Below are positions 9,863 to 17,994 of a DNA stretch of 64,000 nucleotides, piece after piece. The position numbers and the translations under genes were made by a program. The stretch's first letter is position 1; each line of letters starts with the position of its first letter. Below the pieces are notes generated by a model. That model was not told where the DNA came from, did no database searches, and was given only the letters and a program-made list of their open reading frames with translations. Origin of the DNA: Klebsiella phage NU-KP11; sequence record OR644643.1. The stretch is one strand, 5' to 3'.

Positions 9863-10509
9863 AAAAAATCCAACGTTGGGGGTTTGATATTGATCCCTAA
9901 CGTATCACACACATCGTTCAATACACTTTCTTTGAAGAGATTGAAACATGGAACCCTGTACAACCTAGCCAATCTTACAGCGATCGCGGTTCCACCTTTA
10001 ACACATCCTTCACGTTCTTCCGCCCAAAATAAAACAAAATCAGTTGGATTATCAAGATTTTCACGAAGAACTTGAATCGTGTTTCGCGCATACCTTCTTT
10101 GAACGTATTCATTCTGTGTATCGAAGTTACCTGCTACCTTTCTGGCTTCGTCAGCGGCTTTCTGTGTGTTTAAATCTTGAAAGTCGATGATATCCTTTCC
10201 GTTTGAGAAAAGGCCGTTAAAACCGTTCTCAGGAAGGATTATACACCTGTTATCCGGACTATAGTCAAACAGAAAGTGACTATCCATACCAGGAGCGCCG
10301 CCAGAATAAGCCCTGATCCCGCGTTCGTTCAAAGCACGTCCGATTTTAACAGCAATGTTTGCGATACGTTCAGGAGGTTTACGACTGCCAATTAATGTTA
10401 CTGTCTTGGCAGTTTTAATTACTGTACTAAAATCATTCGACATAAAAATTACCGAACAATTCTTTTGCTTTTTCGTTGTAAACTTCATAAGCCTTTTCAG
10501 GGTTATCAT
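9856..10509 (-). CDS. DprA/Smf-like Rossmann (SLOG family) protein. The start is ambiguous among ATGs at 10509, 10488 and 10443.
   Basis: VTLIGSRKPPERIANIAVKIGRALNERGIRAYSGGAPGMDSHFL resembles the DprA/LOG pattern (V)GSR...G...A..L...G..VvSGgA.GiD. The longest form overlaps the upstream HNH gene by about 77 nt. Confidence 0.5.
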   Translation of the reverse strand: MITLKRLMKFTTKKQKNCSVIFMSNDFSTVIKTAKTVTLIGSRKPPERIANIAVKIGRALNERGIRAYSGGAPGMDSHFLFDYSPDNRCIILPENGFNGLFSNGKDIIDFQDLNTQKAADEARKVAGNFDTQNEYVQRRYARNTIQVLRENLDNPTDFVLFWAEEREGCVKGGTAIAVRLARLYRVPCFNLFKESVLNDVCDTLGINIKPPTLDFLW

Positions 10510-10951
10510 ATGAACCTAGAAAAATCTGCTTACCATCAACAACTATTCGCGCTTGATAGTTATTTCTTCTTTTATCAAAAATAACCCCTCTTTTTCCAGA
10601 AGCATTGCTTCGTTTCTTTATCTGCTTTCTTATGTTCTCTTGTTGCGTTGCCTCTTGCAAATTATCTATACCATCACCAAATTCAACACCATTCTTATGG
10701 TCAACAAGAGCGGGAAGATACCCATTAGCAACATAAAAGATGATCCGATGTCTGCGATAATGTTTCTTTTGAAACTTTATAACACAATATCCATCTTTCA
10801 TAGTACCAGCGGAATCACCAACCCTCCTACCTTGACGCGGAGAAGACCATACTATATTTCCGGAAGTAACATCAACTGAAACGTGTTGAAGAAGTTCTCT
10901 TATTCCGGCTATTTCATCAGAAATAGTTCTATAGTTTCCGTGACTGTTCAT
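10433..10951 (-). CDS. HNH (HNH_3) plus AP2-domain homing endonuclease
   Basis: The N-terminal YCVIKF..HYRRHRIIFYVANGYLP..VDHKNGV..DGIDNLQEAT..EN is an HNH_3 motif. The C-terminal RSNASGKRGVIFDKRRNNYQARI..DGKQIFLGSYDNPEKAYEVYNEKAKELFG is an AP2 domain. Confidence 0.7.
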   Translation of the reverse strand: MNSHGNYRTISDEIAGIRELLQHVSVDVTSGNIVWSSPRQGRRVGDSAGTMKDGYCVIKFQKKHYRRHRIIFYVANGYLPALVDHKNGVEFGDGIDNLQEATQQENIRKQIKKRSNASGKRGVIFDKRRNNYQARIVVDGKQIFLGSYDNPEKAYEVYNEKAKELFGNFYVE

Positions 10952-10954
10952 AGT

Positions 10955-11974
10955 TTAAAATTCATGGTTCAGGATTTTGCCCCATACAGGGCGAATCATG
11001 TTTTGGGCTTCGGTTACAAACAGCTTTTTAGCCATTGCTGGGTCTTCGAACTGTTCGAGGAAAGGCCCGTGATTACGGCTGATTTCTTCGATAGCATCCT
11101 GAACAGTTAAGCCCATAATGCGACCGAAATCTTTAGCAGTGATCGAAGCCAGATCCAGTTTCGAAAGAACGTTTTTCACACGGTTCTCTGTAAGGTAACA
11201 AACAAACTCATCGAGTTGGTTTTTGTCTTTTTCTGACAGTGAAACCGGAGCATTAAAGCGGGTTGCTTTCTTCGCTTTCTTCTCAGTGAATTTGGTTGTT
11301 TTGCATTTGATTGCAACGCGTTCACCGTTTGGCATAAAAGCAGGTGAAACAGGTTTCATTACAAAACCTTCTGCAATGTTGCCCTCTTCAACGTCCATGA
11401 TAGGATATACGAATTCACCATATACTGTGTTATCGCTACCAATGCCGCTATTTGCTTTATTCACAACAGATTCAAACGTGATCGGCAGTTCTTTGATCTC
11501 TTCAAAAGTACCGTATCCCAACAGCGGGGCCATTTTCAGGCCATGAGATCGAGAGATAAGCGAGCACAGGTTATCCGGAAGGAATTCACCATTTACACGG
11601 ATATCGAATACGTAGAAATCTTTTTCGCCGTAATCAACATCTTTCTGTACACCGCGCCCCGCAAATTCACCGTAGACTTGAATAACCAAATCATCATAAG
11701 TTCCGGTCTTTTTGAGGGTTTCCCACATCTTACGGATCCCTGGTGAATACTTTGCAACTACTGCTGAACAGCCATAAAAATCTTCGGCTGGCTTCACAAC
11801 ATCAGTACGCTTTGCGGGGGTAACGGTAACGCCGTCATCGGTGATAAAACTAAAGTTAGCACCGTGGATCTTTTCACGCGCAACCCACACACCGCCAGTA
11901 AGCCCGTTCATAATTACACCATTGATGAACTTACCTTCATAATGGTTAGTCAGAGAAGAATATTTCTTAAACAT
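10955..11974 (-). CDS. rnlB: RNA ligase 2 (RnlB)
   Basis: MFKKYSSL.NHY...LTGGVWVAREKIHGANFS (with the KxHG adenylation lysine), then ...FYVFDI... and ...RVAIKCK..KF.EKK. These are colinear with T4 Rnl2 (gp24.1). Confidence 0.9.
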   Translation of the reverse strand: MFKKYSSLTNHYEGKFINGVIMNGLTGGVWVAREKIHGANFSFITDDGVTVTPAKRTDVVKPAEDFYGCSAVVAKYSPGIRKMWETLKKTGTYDDLVIQVYGEFAGRGVQKDVDYGEKDFYVFDIRVNGEFLPDNLCSLISRSHGLKMAPLLGYGTFEEIKELPITFESVVNKANSGIGSDNTVYGEFVYPIMDVEEGNIAEGFVMKPVSPAFMPNGERVAIKCKTTKFTEKKAKKATRFNAPVSLSEKDKNQLDEFVCYLTENRVKNVLSKLDLASITAKDFGRIMGLTVQDAIEEISRNHGPFLEQFEDPAMAKKLFVTEAQNMIRPVWGKILNHEF

Positions 11975-11977
11975 AAT

Positions 11978-12502
11978 TTAACCTTTCATTTTCACACGTT
12001 TTTCGACTTGATAAAGTGCTTTACGCAGCAACTTCACTTTTACTTCATCCAGAATGACATCACCCTTAACGAATGCATCAAGCTGTGATTTTTCTGCATT
12101 AGCGGCATTGATAACCGCTATTGTATTTTCTTGTGTATATCCCAGACGTGGATTAATACGTTCCATTGTACGGGCATACGGGCTACCTGGTTTATTGCTA
12201 AACATCTTACCGGAATACTGACAACGTTCAGTTGTCATCAATACTTTCCAATCTTCCAGAGTAAGGTCAAAAGAATGGTTGTTCTTTGCGGCGTGTTCAT
12301 GCTTGAGATTATATGAACGCGCAATACGCAGATCCAATTCAATAGCAGACGCACGGCGGCGATGCTCAATGAGTTCGGGGCTAAGGGCCACAATCTCAGG
12401 TTCTTTTGCTTTACGAACCGCTTCTACATCAGGTGCGGCTTGGTTTGGTTTTACGTTTGAAGTAGCAATACTAGCCCAACGATCCATCGCAGATTTACGC
12501 AT
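11978..12502 (-). CDS. Putative degenerate NUMOD4/HNH_3-like endonuclease-domain protein
   Basis: EDWKVL..ERCQYSGKMFSNKPGSPYARTMERINPRLGYTQENTIAVINAANAEK loosely follows HNH_3 spacing. The assignment is weak. Confidence 0.35.
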   Translation of the reverse strand: MRKSAMDRWASIATSNVKPNQAAPDVEAVRKAKEPEIVALSPELIEHRRRASAIELDLRIARSYNLKHEHAAKNNHSFDLTLEDWKVLMTTERCQYSGKMFSNKPGSPYARTMERINPRLGYTQENTIAVINAANAEKSQLDAFVKGDVILDEVKVKLLRKALYQVEKRVKMKG

Positions 12503-12858
12503 TAGATAATCCCCGCATCTTGAAACGCCAGCGCCATAGAGGTGTTAAGATGTTCGCGTTTAAACGGGCGAGGTTTCTTTTCTTTCTTCATCGGACGTTT
12601 AGCACGTTCTAAATTGTACACACGCTTACGATGGATTTCGATCGCTTCGCGGCGCATTGCATTTTTAACAGGGAGATTTGCAGAACGGAACGCGCGGATA
12701 CGTTCAATTTCCTGTACTACCTGGTAAATATCGCCGTTATCTAACCCATGTTCACGGGCAATTTCGGCATAACCTTTACGCAAATCATTGAATTTGAAAT
12801 GAATTTGCACTTTTTCGGCTTGAGACAGTTCGGAAATGCTACGGTGTACAATTTTCAT
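12502..12858 (-). CDS. Hypothetical basic protein. The track start at 12891 is TTG. The ATG at 12858 has an AGGA RBS.
   Basis: ORF with an RBS TACCAAAGGAAAATAATATG upstream of the internal ATG. Confidence 0.45.
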   Translation of the reverse strand: MKIVHRSISELSQAEKVQIHFKFNDLRKGYAEIAREHGLDNGDIYQVVQEIERIRAFRSANLPVKNAMRREAIEIHRKRVYNLERAKRPMKKEKKPRPFKREHLNTSMALAFQDAGII

Positions 12859-12859
12859 A

Positions 12860-13186
12860 TTATTTTCCTTTGGTAGAATCGATTTTTGCAACTACATTCA
12901 ACACGCTATCGTTTCGGCTGTCAACATTTTTTAGAACAAAAGTTACTACCGTATACACTCCAGCGCTCATGTTGAAATTATCAACAAACGGGATCTGCTG
13001 ATCATCAAGAGTGTTGACCATTTCTTCCATGTCATTTGGGTGGTCAACGTTGATGAAAATACTTTCCGATACATGATTTTTGTATCGGGTTCCAATTCGT
13101 TCATCGAGTTTTTTACACATTACATCAACTAACATTTGTTTGTCAATGCCTAAAACACCAGAGTAGACCACATGATATAGTTTCAT
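12860..13186 (-). CDS. Hypothetical protein (108 aa)
   Basis: ATG verified. Its start overlaps the stop of the upstream small ORF (ATGA). Confidence 0.45.
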   Translation of the reverse strand: MKLYHVVYSGVLGIDKQMLVDVMCKKLDERIGTRYKNHVSESIFINVDHPNDMEEMVNTLDDQQIPFVDNFNMSAGVYTVVTFVLKNVDSRNDSVLNVVAKIDSTKGK

Positions 13187-13359
13187 ACAATATCCTCTTC
13201 CGATTCATTAACAATTGCAAAGGAAAGGAATGTAAAAGCAACCCCTAACCCAACCATCCAGATAGCCGTTAAATCACCATACATTGATGAATACGCGCCC
13301 ATCACTTCTAAGCGATATCCCAGCAAGAAAACGAGATACGCCAACACTTTATCATTCAT
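13183..13359 (-). CDS. Small hydrophobic (membrane) protein of about 58 aa. It is not in the ORF track because it is shorter than 60 aa.
   Basis: Reverse translation gives MNDKVLAYLVFLLGYRLEVMGAYSSMYGDLTAIWMVGLGVAFTFLSFAIVNESEEDIV. ATGA overlaps at both ends couple it to its neighbours. Confidence 0.4.
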   Translation of the reverse strand: MNDKVLAYLVFLLGYRLEVMGAYSSMYGDLTAIWMVGLGVAFTFLSFAIVNESEEDIV

Positions 13360-13673
13360 AATTCCTCACAAAACGCCCATGCTGCATGGTAAACGCTCGC
13401 GCCTTTGTCTTCGTTCATGCATACAACATCAACCGGACACACAACCCTGTACAGAACAGGATCCCCACCTATAGAACGCGCGGCCCTTCCAGCATATATA
13501 CGAGCTAACCCGATATCAGCGGTAAAGAAAACACGGTCTAAATTTTTCTTTCTGCCCTTTTCAGACAGAGTATCAGAATCACAGGGAGGCAATAACATGC
13601 TTTCAATACCAGCAGCAGTACACGAACCGTGATAATAAACAACGTTTTCATTTCTGCAATGTATCGTTTTCAT
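13356..13673 (-). CDS. Tpt1/KptA-like ART-fold (NAD+-binding lobe) mini-protein, 105 aa
   Basis: VVYYHGSCTAAGIESML aligns to the Tpt1 LYHGT..A.LEEGL segment. RVFFTADIGLARIYAGRAARSIGGDPVLYRV aligns to the Tpt1 HVHLSADLETA..VGKRHGKPVVL.V segment. There is a strong RBS (AAGGGAGGA). The protein lacks the N-terminal catalytic lobe. Confidence 0.45.
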   Translation of the reverse strand: MKTIHCRNENVVYYHGSCTAAGIESMLLPPCDSDTLSEKGRKKNLDRVFFTADIGLARIYAGRAARSIGGDPVLYRVVCPVDVVCMNEDKGASVYHAAWAFCEEL

Positions 13674-13705
13674 GTATCCTCCCTTAAAAAGATGCTTACA
13701 TTATA

Positions 13706-14581
13706 TCAAATGGATAAATCCATGCAAGAAATTTCTCGATCTACATCTTCTTTTGTCTTGTTGACATACGCCAGGTATTCATCGGTATACATTTTCCGCT
13801 TTCTGGCTATTCTTTCAGCAGTCGCACACATTTGAGCTTCTGACGGTTTATAAGGCAACCTTTCTCCAAATCCTTCAACAGTTAGACGAACGAAAGGAAC
13901 CGCAGAAGTTATAATGTCATTACCATACGCATAACCATTTTTAGTAAATACGGCTTTGTTGAATCGTTCATGGTGTACGCCTTCAACCTCAACCTGATCA
14001 CCATAGTAAGCAATAGTATCAATGCGATGGTTAAGAATGATAGCACCAGATTCAATGATTTTCAGTGCAGCGGCCTTTCCTTGTTCGCGAGCATAAGCCA
14101 CGATTTCATAAGAACCGATATCTATAGCGGAACCATGATTACCAACGATGTAAAACATGGAGTTAATTAGGTGCTTAGAGATATATGCATACGTTTTATA
14201 CATCTGATACTGTTCATTACGCAGACACATACCCGCTTTGTATTCACGTCGTAACTGCATAAGGTTTTGAATCACTTCATCAATACGCCATCCGTTAGGG
14301 AATTCTGCCTTTTTCTCACGTGCGATATGGATCAACGCGTTTCCATACATCGCGTTAAACGTCATGATCCGGATCCCTTCAACGTAACCATCGATAGGGG
14401 CTTGCCATGTAATAGGGCTATACTTCGGATCGTGGTCAGGACGCATTTTAGGGGTATGGTGGCGACGGAATCCAACATGAGCCGCAAAACGATCTTCAAT
14501 TTCACGGGAGTAATAGTTGTAAGAGTCCATGTCGCGGTCGCGGGAAAATTCTACAATGAAGCGATGTAAATTGATTTTCAT
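13706..14581 (-). CDS. Hypothetical protein (291 aa)
   Basis: Long ORF with a verified ATG. I could not assign any motif confidently. Confidence 0.55.
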   Translation of the reverse strand: MKINLHRFIVEFSRDRDMDSYNYYSREIEDRFAAHVGFRRHHTPKMRPDHDPKYSPITWQAPIDGYVEGIRIMTFNAMYGNALIHIAREKKAEFPNGWRIDEVIQNLMQLRREYKAGMCLRNEQYQMYKTYAYISKHLINSMFYIVGNHGSAIDIGSYEIVAYAREQGKAAALKIIESGAIILNHRIDTIAYYGDQVEVEGVHHERFNKAVFTKNGYAYGNDIITSAVPFVRLTVEGFGERLPYKPSEAQMCATAERIARKRKMYTDEYLAYVNKTKEDVDREISCMDLSI

Positions 14582-14695
14582 ATCGTATACCTTATGGTTT
14601 AAAGTTCTTCCGGCCTATCCGTCGAACACCATAACCATACACCACTGTCAGAAAGCATGTCAATAAATAATAGAAAATAAACTGGAGAATTTTAC

Positions 14696-15535
14696 ATGAA
14701 GTCATTTAAACAATTCACAGAAAGCACCTTAACCGAAGCGCTGATCACCTTCGGAGGCCGTGCTTATCCTAAGTTCGGTCAGGTTGTTATTCTGGCTGGC
14801 GGTGCTGGTTCCGGTAAAGGGTTCACACTGGAAAAACTGCTAGGCATCGAAGGTATTACCCTGGACGTTGACGCCCTGAAAAAACTTGTAATGGGTAGCG
14901 ATAAACTCGCAGCAGAGATCAAGAAACAAACTGGTCATGATGTCAAAACAATGAACCTCAAAAACCCAGAAAACGTATCTACCCTCCATCATGTGATCGC
15001 CGACGTTTTCAACATTTCCAACAAAAACCAAAACCGTGTTTATTCCGGTATTATGGCAGCACCAGAAGATCGTAAACCTAACCTCATCTTTGACGTAACG
15101 TTAAAAGGCATGAGCAAGCTGGCAAGCATCGCGCGTGATGTCGAAAAGCTGGGATACAAGAAAGAAAACGTACATATCGTATGGGTTATGAACGATGTGC
15201 ATATTGCTATGCAGCAGAACCAGAAACGTGATCGTGTAGTTCCTAAAGAAATTCTCATGGATACCCACGAAGGCGCGGCCCTTACTATGGCGAAGATCCT
15301 GAACATGGGTGATTCTCTTAAACAGTATATGGACGGCGACATTTGGATCAGCTTTAACAAAGTTGGTGTTGATAGCGAGATCAAGAAATCAAGTAACAAA
15401 GGGATGTTTGTTGTTAAGTCAAACTACATCAAAGTTAAAGCCCGTGGTAAACCTCAGAAATCGGTAGCTGAACTGGATAAGGAAATTGTGGCTAAAGTTG
15501 CAGCATACGCACCGAAAACTGATACTTGGGGTTGA
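14696..15535 (+). CDS. P-loop NTPase / putative nucleotide or polynucleotide kinase
   Basis: Walker A ILAGGAGSGKGFT resembles the adenylate-kinase type G.PGSGKGT. RBS CTGGAGAA precedes the ATG. Confidence 0.55.
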   Translation: MKSFKQFTESTLTEALITFGGRAYPKFGQVVILAGGAGSGKGFTLEKLLGIEGITLDVDALKKLVMGSDKLAAEIKKQTGHDVKTMNLKNPENVSTLHHVIADVFNISNKNQNRVYSGIMAAPEDRKPNLIFDVTLKGMSKLASIARDVEKLGYKKENVHIVWVMNDVHIAMQQNQKRDRVVPKEILMDTHEGAALTMAKILNMGDSLKQYMDGDIWISFNKVGVDSEIKKSSNKGMFVVKSNYIKVKARGKPQKSVAELDKEIVAKVAAYAPKTDTWG

Positions 15536-15584
15536 CATTAATGATTAAACATTATAGTATGCATACACAAACTGAGGAATTGAT

Positions 15585-16049
15585 ATGAATAAGTTTTTCT
15601 TTGATATGGATGGTGTATTGTTCGACTGGGAAGGTTCATTTGTGCCAATGTATGGCGAACCCTCGATGATGACAGAAGATGAGTTGAAAAAGTGCAAAGC
15701 AAAAATTGCCAAAACTGATTTCTACGAAAATCTGGAACCAATCAAAGAAGGATTTGAATTATTCCATCATTTAAGAACACTTGGTGATGTAGCAATACTA
15801 ACCAGTGTCGGTAAATTCAATTCTGACGGTGTTGCCGAACAGAAACGTAAAGCATTACAAAAAGTATTGGGTTACGTTCCAGAATTCCACTACGTTAAAA
15901 GTAGCCATGAAAAAGCAGCATTCGCTGGTAAAGGAATCCTGTTTGACGATCGGGCAAAAGCGGTGTTGCCTTTCAGAAAAGCAGGAGGTAAAGCAATCCT
16001 CTTTGTTGGTGATAAGAAAACAGCGCTTGATGAATTAAAAAGATTGTAA
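15585..16049 (+). CDS. HAD-superfamily 5'(3')-deoxyribonucleotidase-like phosphatase (NT5C-like)
   Basis: FFDMDGVLFDW is HAD motif I (DxDG). TDFYENLEPIKEG is conserved with the paralog at 16082-16600. A sigma70-like promoter TTGACA..TATAGT sits at about 15532-15560, and RBS GAGGAA is present. Confidence 0.6.
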   Translation: MNKFFFDMDGVLFDWEGSFVPMYGEPSMMTEDELKKCKAKIAKTDFYENLEPIKEGFELFHHLRTLGDVAILTSVGKFNSDGVAEQKRKALQKVLGYVPEFHYVKSSHEKAAFAGKGILFDDRAKAVLPFRKAGGKAILFVGDKKTALDELKRL

Positions 16050-16055
16050 AAGAAA

Positions 16056-16080
16056 GGGAACCATTGCGGTTCCCTTTTTT
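16056..16080. terminator. Bidirectional rho-independent terminator between the convergent HAD genes
   Basis: The hairpin GGGAACCATTGCGGTTCCC is flanked by an A-run on one side and a T-run on the other. Confidence 0.7.
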
Positions 16081-16081
16081 G

Positions 16082-16600
16082 TTATTGATTAGCCTTTGCA
16101 AGCGCTTCTGTGACTAGCTGAATATTTTCTTCCAGGGTTTCCGCAAGGAAAATACCAGGAACTTTATTAGCTAGATGAGAATTGTTCCAGATTTCAAGAT
16201 GTTTCTGGTTGCGGGAAATCAGAACACCACGATAGGCATGTTCTGCGAACTGTTCCGGATAGTCAATGCGACTAAAATCGAGACGAGAGACCCCCAGTTC
16301 AGCGCAAATCTTATCTGTATAGTTCAGTTTTTCTTTCATAACCCAAAGAGGGCTGACCGCTTCCGCGCGAAGCAGCAAAGTAGCAGGATCACCGATTCGG
16401 CGTTGGAAACTCCATTGAAGGAGGTCAATCCCAGCCTGAATACGGGGAAGGTTTTTATAAAAATCAGTACGCACCAAAGAAGCCGCCATTTCGTCATATC
16501 GTTCTTTTGGCGTTCCTTCCGGACGTACACCGAACTTATCATAAAAAGCCTGAGAAAATTCTGCTAAAGTGTCGTCGAAATCAAAAAGAAGTGTATTCAT
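16082..16600 (-). CDS. HAD-superfamily NT5C-like phosphatase, a convergent paralog of 15585-16049
   Basis: LLFDFDDTLAEF is HAD motif I. TDFYKNLPRIQAGIDLL is shared with the + strand paralog. Confidence 0.6.
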   Translation of the reverse strand: MNTLLFDFDDTLAEFSQAFYDKFGVRPEGTPKERYDEMAASLVRTDFYKNLPRIQAGIDLLQWSFQRRIGDPATLLLRAEAVSPLWVMKEKLNYTDKICAELGVSRLDFSRIDYPEQFAEHAYRGVLISRNQKHLEIWNNSHLANKVPGIFLAETLEENIQLVTEALAKANQ

Positions 16601-16613
16601 TGTTTGCCTTATT

Positions 16614-16889
16614 TTATTGGTCAGGATCTGGTTCAGGAGCAGGAGTCAATGACAACAGACTAACCAGTTTACCATTACGAGATTCGATTACATGAATATC
16701 ACCATAATCTTCAAACGCCTCTTTCAGAGTATCAAACTCTAATTTATATTTTTCTTCCGCATAATCGCGCCAGTCGTCGCCTTTCTCAAAAGCATCAACG
16801 ATAATATCGTATAGCCAGTATGGAAGATATGTAAAACTGGTATTTCTCCACGGAATAGGATGAACCGTAGTCCATTTTTCAGTTGCCAT
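16614..16889 (-). CDS. Free-standing paralog of the Hoc C-terminal (capsid-binding) domain, 91 aa
   Basis: WTTVHPIPWRNTSFTYLPYWLYD...GDDWRDYAEEKYK...LKEAFEDYGD...ESRNGK closely parallels the last roughly 80 aa of the adjacent Hoc (WTVHPIPWRDTSFTPIGYWVLD...GKDWKTDYADYKY...LKAFMENGE...DSRNGY). Confidence 0.6.
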   Translation of the reverse strand: MATEKWTTVHPIPWRNTSFTYLPYWLYDIIVDAFEKGDDWRDYAEEKYKLEFDTLKEAFEDYGDIHVIESRNGKLVSLLSLTPAPEPDPDQ

Positions 16890-16899
16890 TTAAAGCCTC

Positions 16900-17961
16900 T
16901 TAGATTTCACTCATTTTATGAATATAGCCGTTTCGTGAATCCTGGATCTCACATTCACCGTTTTCCATGAACGCTTTCAGGATCGTTTGTACTTCCTCAC
17001 TATACTTATAATCAGCATAATCAGTTTTCCAATCTTTACCCTGTGCTTTCTGATACAGAATTTCATCAAGTACCCAATAACCGATCGGGGTAAAGCTGGT
17101 ATCACGCCACGGAATCGGGTGAACCGTCCATTTGGAAACGAGATCATCAGAATTTTGATTAACAGTTACGACACATACAGTTGATGTGATGGTATCGGAA
17201 TTCGCATCAGTGACTACAACTTTATACGAACCCGCATCATCCAGAGCCGCACTTGCCACTGTAAGAGTATCCGCATCGTCTCCAACCGGAGAATCATCCT
17301 TAGTCCATGCATAAGAATAAGGAGAAGTACCACCCAATACAGTTACACTAAGGATCAATGCAGAATCCTGTGTTACGGAAGCGGTCGGGCTTAGATTTTT
17401 ATCAAACGCAAGAGCAGGCGTAACGCTAACAGCACAAGCACTAGAAGTTTTTCTGTTACCCAGTGAATCCGTCACTTCTACCGTATATGAACCTGCATCA
17501 CCACTTGCAGCCGCGCTAATTGTTAAGGTTGCAGAATCACCACTAACAACAGTAGAACCACGTTTCCATACATAGGTATACGGGGATTTACCGCCAGTTA
17601 CCGCAACAGTCAGGGTAAGTTCTTTACCAGTAACAACAGATTTTGTTGCAGGTAAATCAGTACCAAATGCGATTACCGGATAAGTGATCACGGTGATTGT
17701 ATCAGACGTGGTTTCTGTTGCTGATTCTTCATCAGCACCGTGTTTTAAGATCAGGGTATAATCACCAGCAGTTGTACCGTCAACCGTAGTTGTGTAAGTA
17801 TCGGCGGTTGCGTCTGGAATATCTACACCATCTTTTTGCCAACGATAGGCCAGAAACACATCACCAGGATCTAGTTCAGTAGTTTCAACCTCTAAGGTCA
17901 AAGTTTCGCCAATCAAAAGTTCGTTTTTGTTGGCGCTAATTGTTACAGAAGGAATTGCCAT
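16900..17961 (-). CDS. hoc: Hoc-like outer capsid decoration protein with three Ig-like (BIG2/I-set) domains
   Basis: Three repeats of the pattern ...L.LTVAVTGG.SPY.Y.W.K.....G.....LTI....A.D.GSYTV.VTD, followed by a C-terminal domain. A TATAAATA late promoter on the minus strand sits at about 17987-17994. Confidence 0.75.
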   Translation of the reverse strand: MAIPSVTISANKNELLIGETLTLEVETTELDPGDVFLAYRWQKDGVDIPDATADTYTTTVDGTTAGDYTLILKHGADEESATETTSDTITVITYPVIAFGTDLPATKSVVTGKELTLTVAVTGGKSPYTYVWKRGSTVVSGDSATLTISAAASGDAGSYTVEVTDSLGNRKTSSACAVSVTPALAFDKNLSPTASVTQDSALILSVTVLGGTSPYSYAWTKDDSPVGDDADTLTVASAALDDAGSYKVVVTDANSDTITSTVCVVTVNQNSDDLVSKWTVHPIPWRDTSFTPIGYWVLDEILYQKAQGKDWKTDYADYKYSEEVQTILKAFMENGECEIQDSRNGYIHKMSEI

Positions 17962-17986
17962 AAATTTAACCTCTTATGTTTATTGG

Positions 17987-17994
17987 TATTTATA
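17987..17994 (-). promoter_or_regulatory. T4-type late promoter TATAAATA (hoc)
   Basis: The motif reads TATAAATA on the minus strand, about 26 nt upstream of the hoc ATG. Confidence 0.6.

Noticed and set aside
9856-10509. 77-nt overlap between the SLOG ORF and the HNH-AP2 gene
   Set aside because: The overlap is probably not real. Internal ATGs at 10488 (AAGG RBS) and 10443 give starts that remove most or all of the overlap. The exact start is left uncertain.
13706-14581. Possible metallophosphoesterase call for the 291-aa ORF (based on IVGNHGS)
   Set aside because: The GDxHG / GDxxDRG / GNHE motif set is not convincingly present, so I left it as hypothetical.
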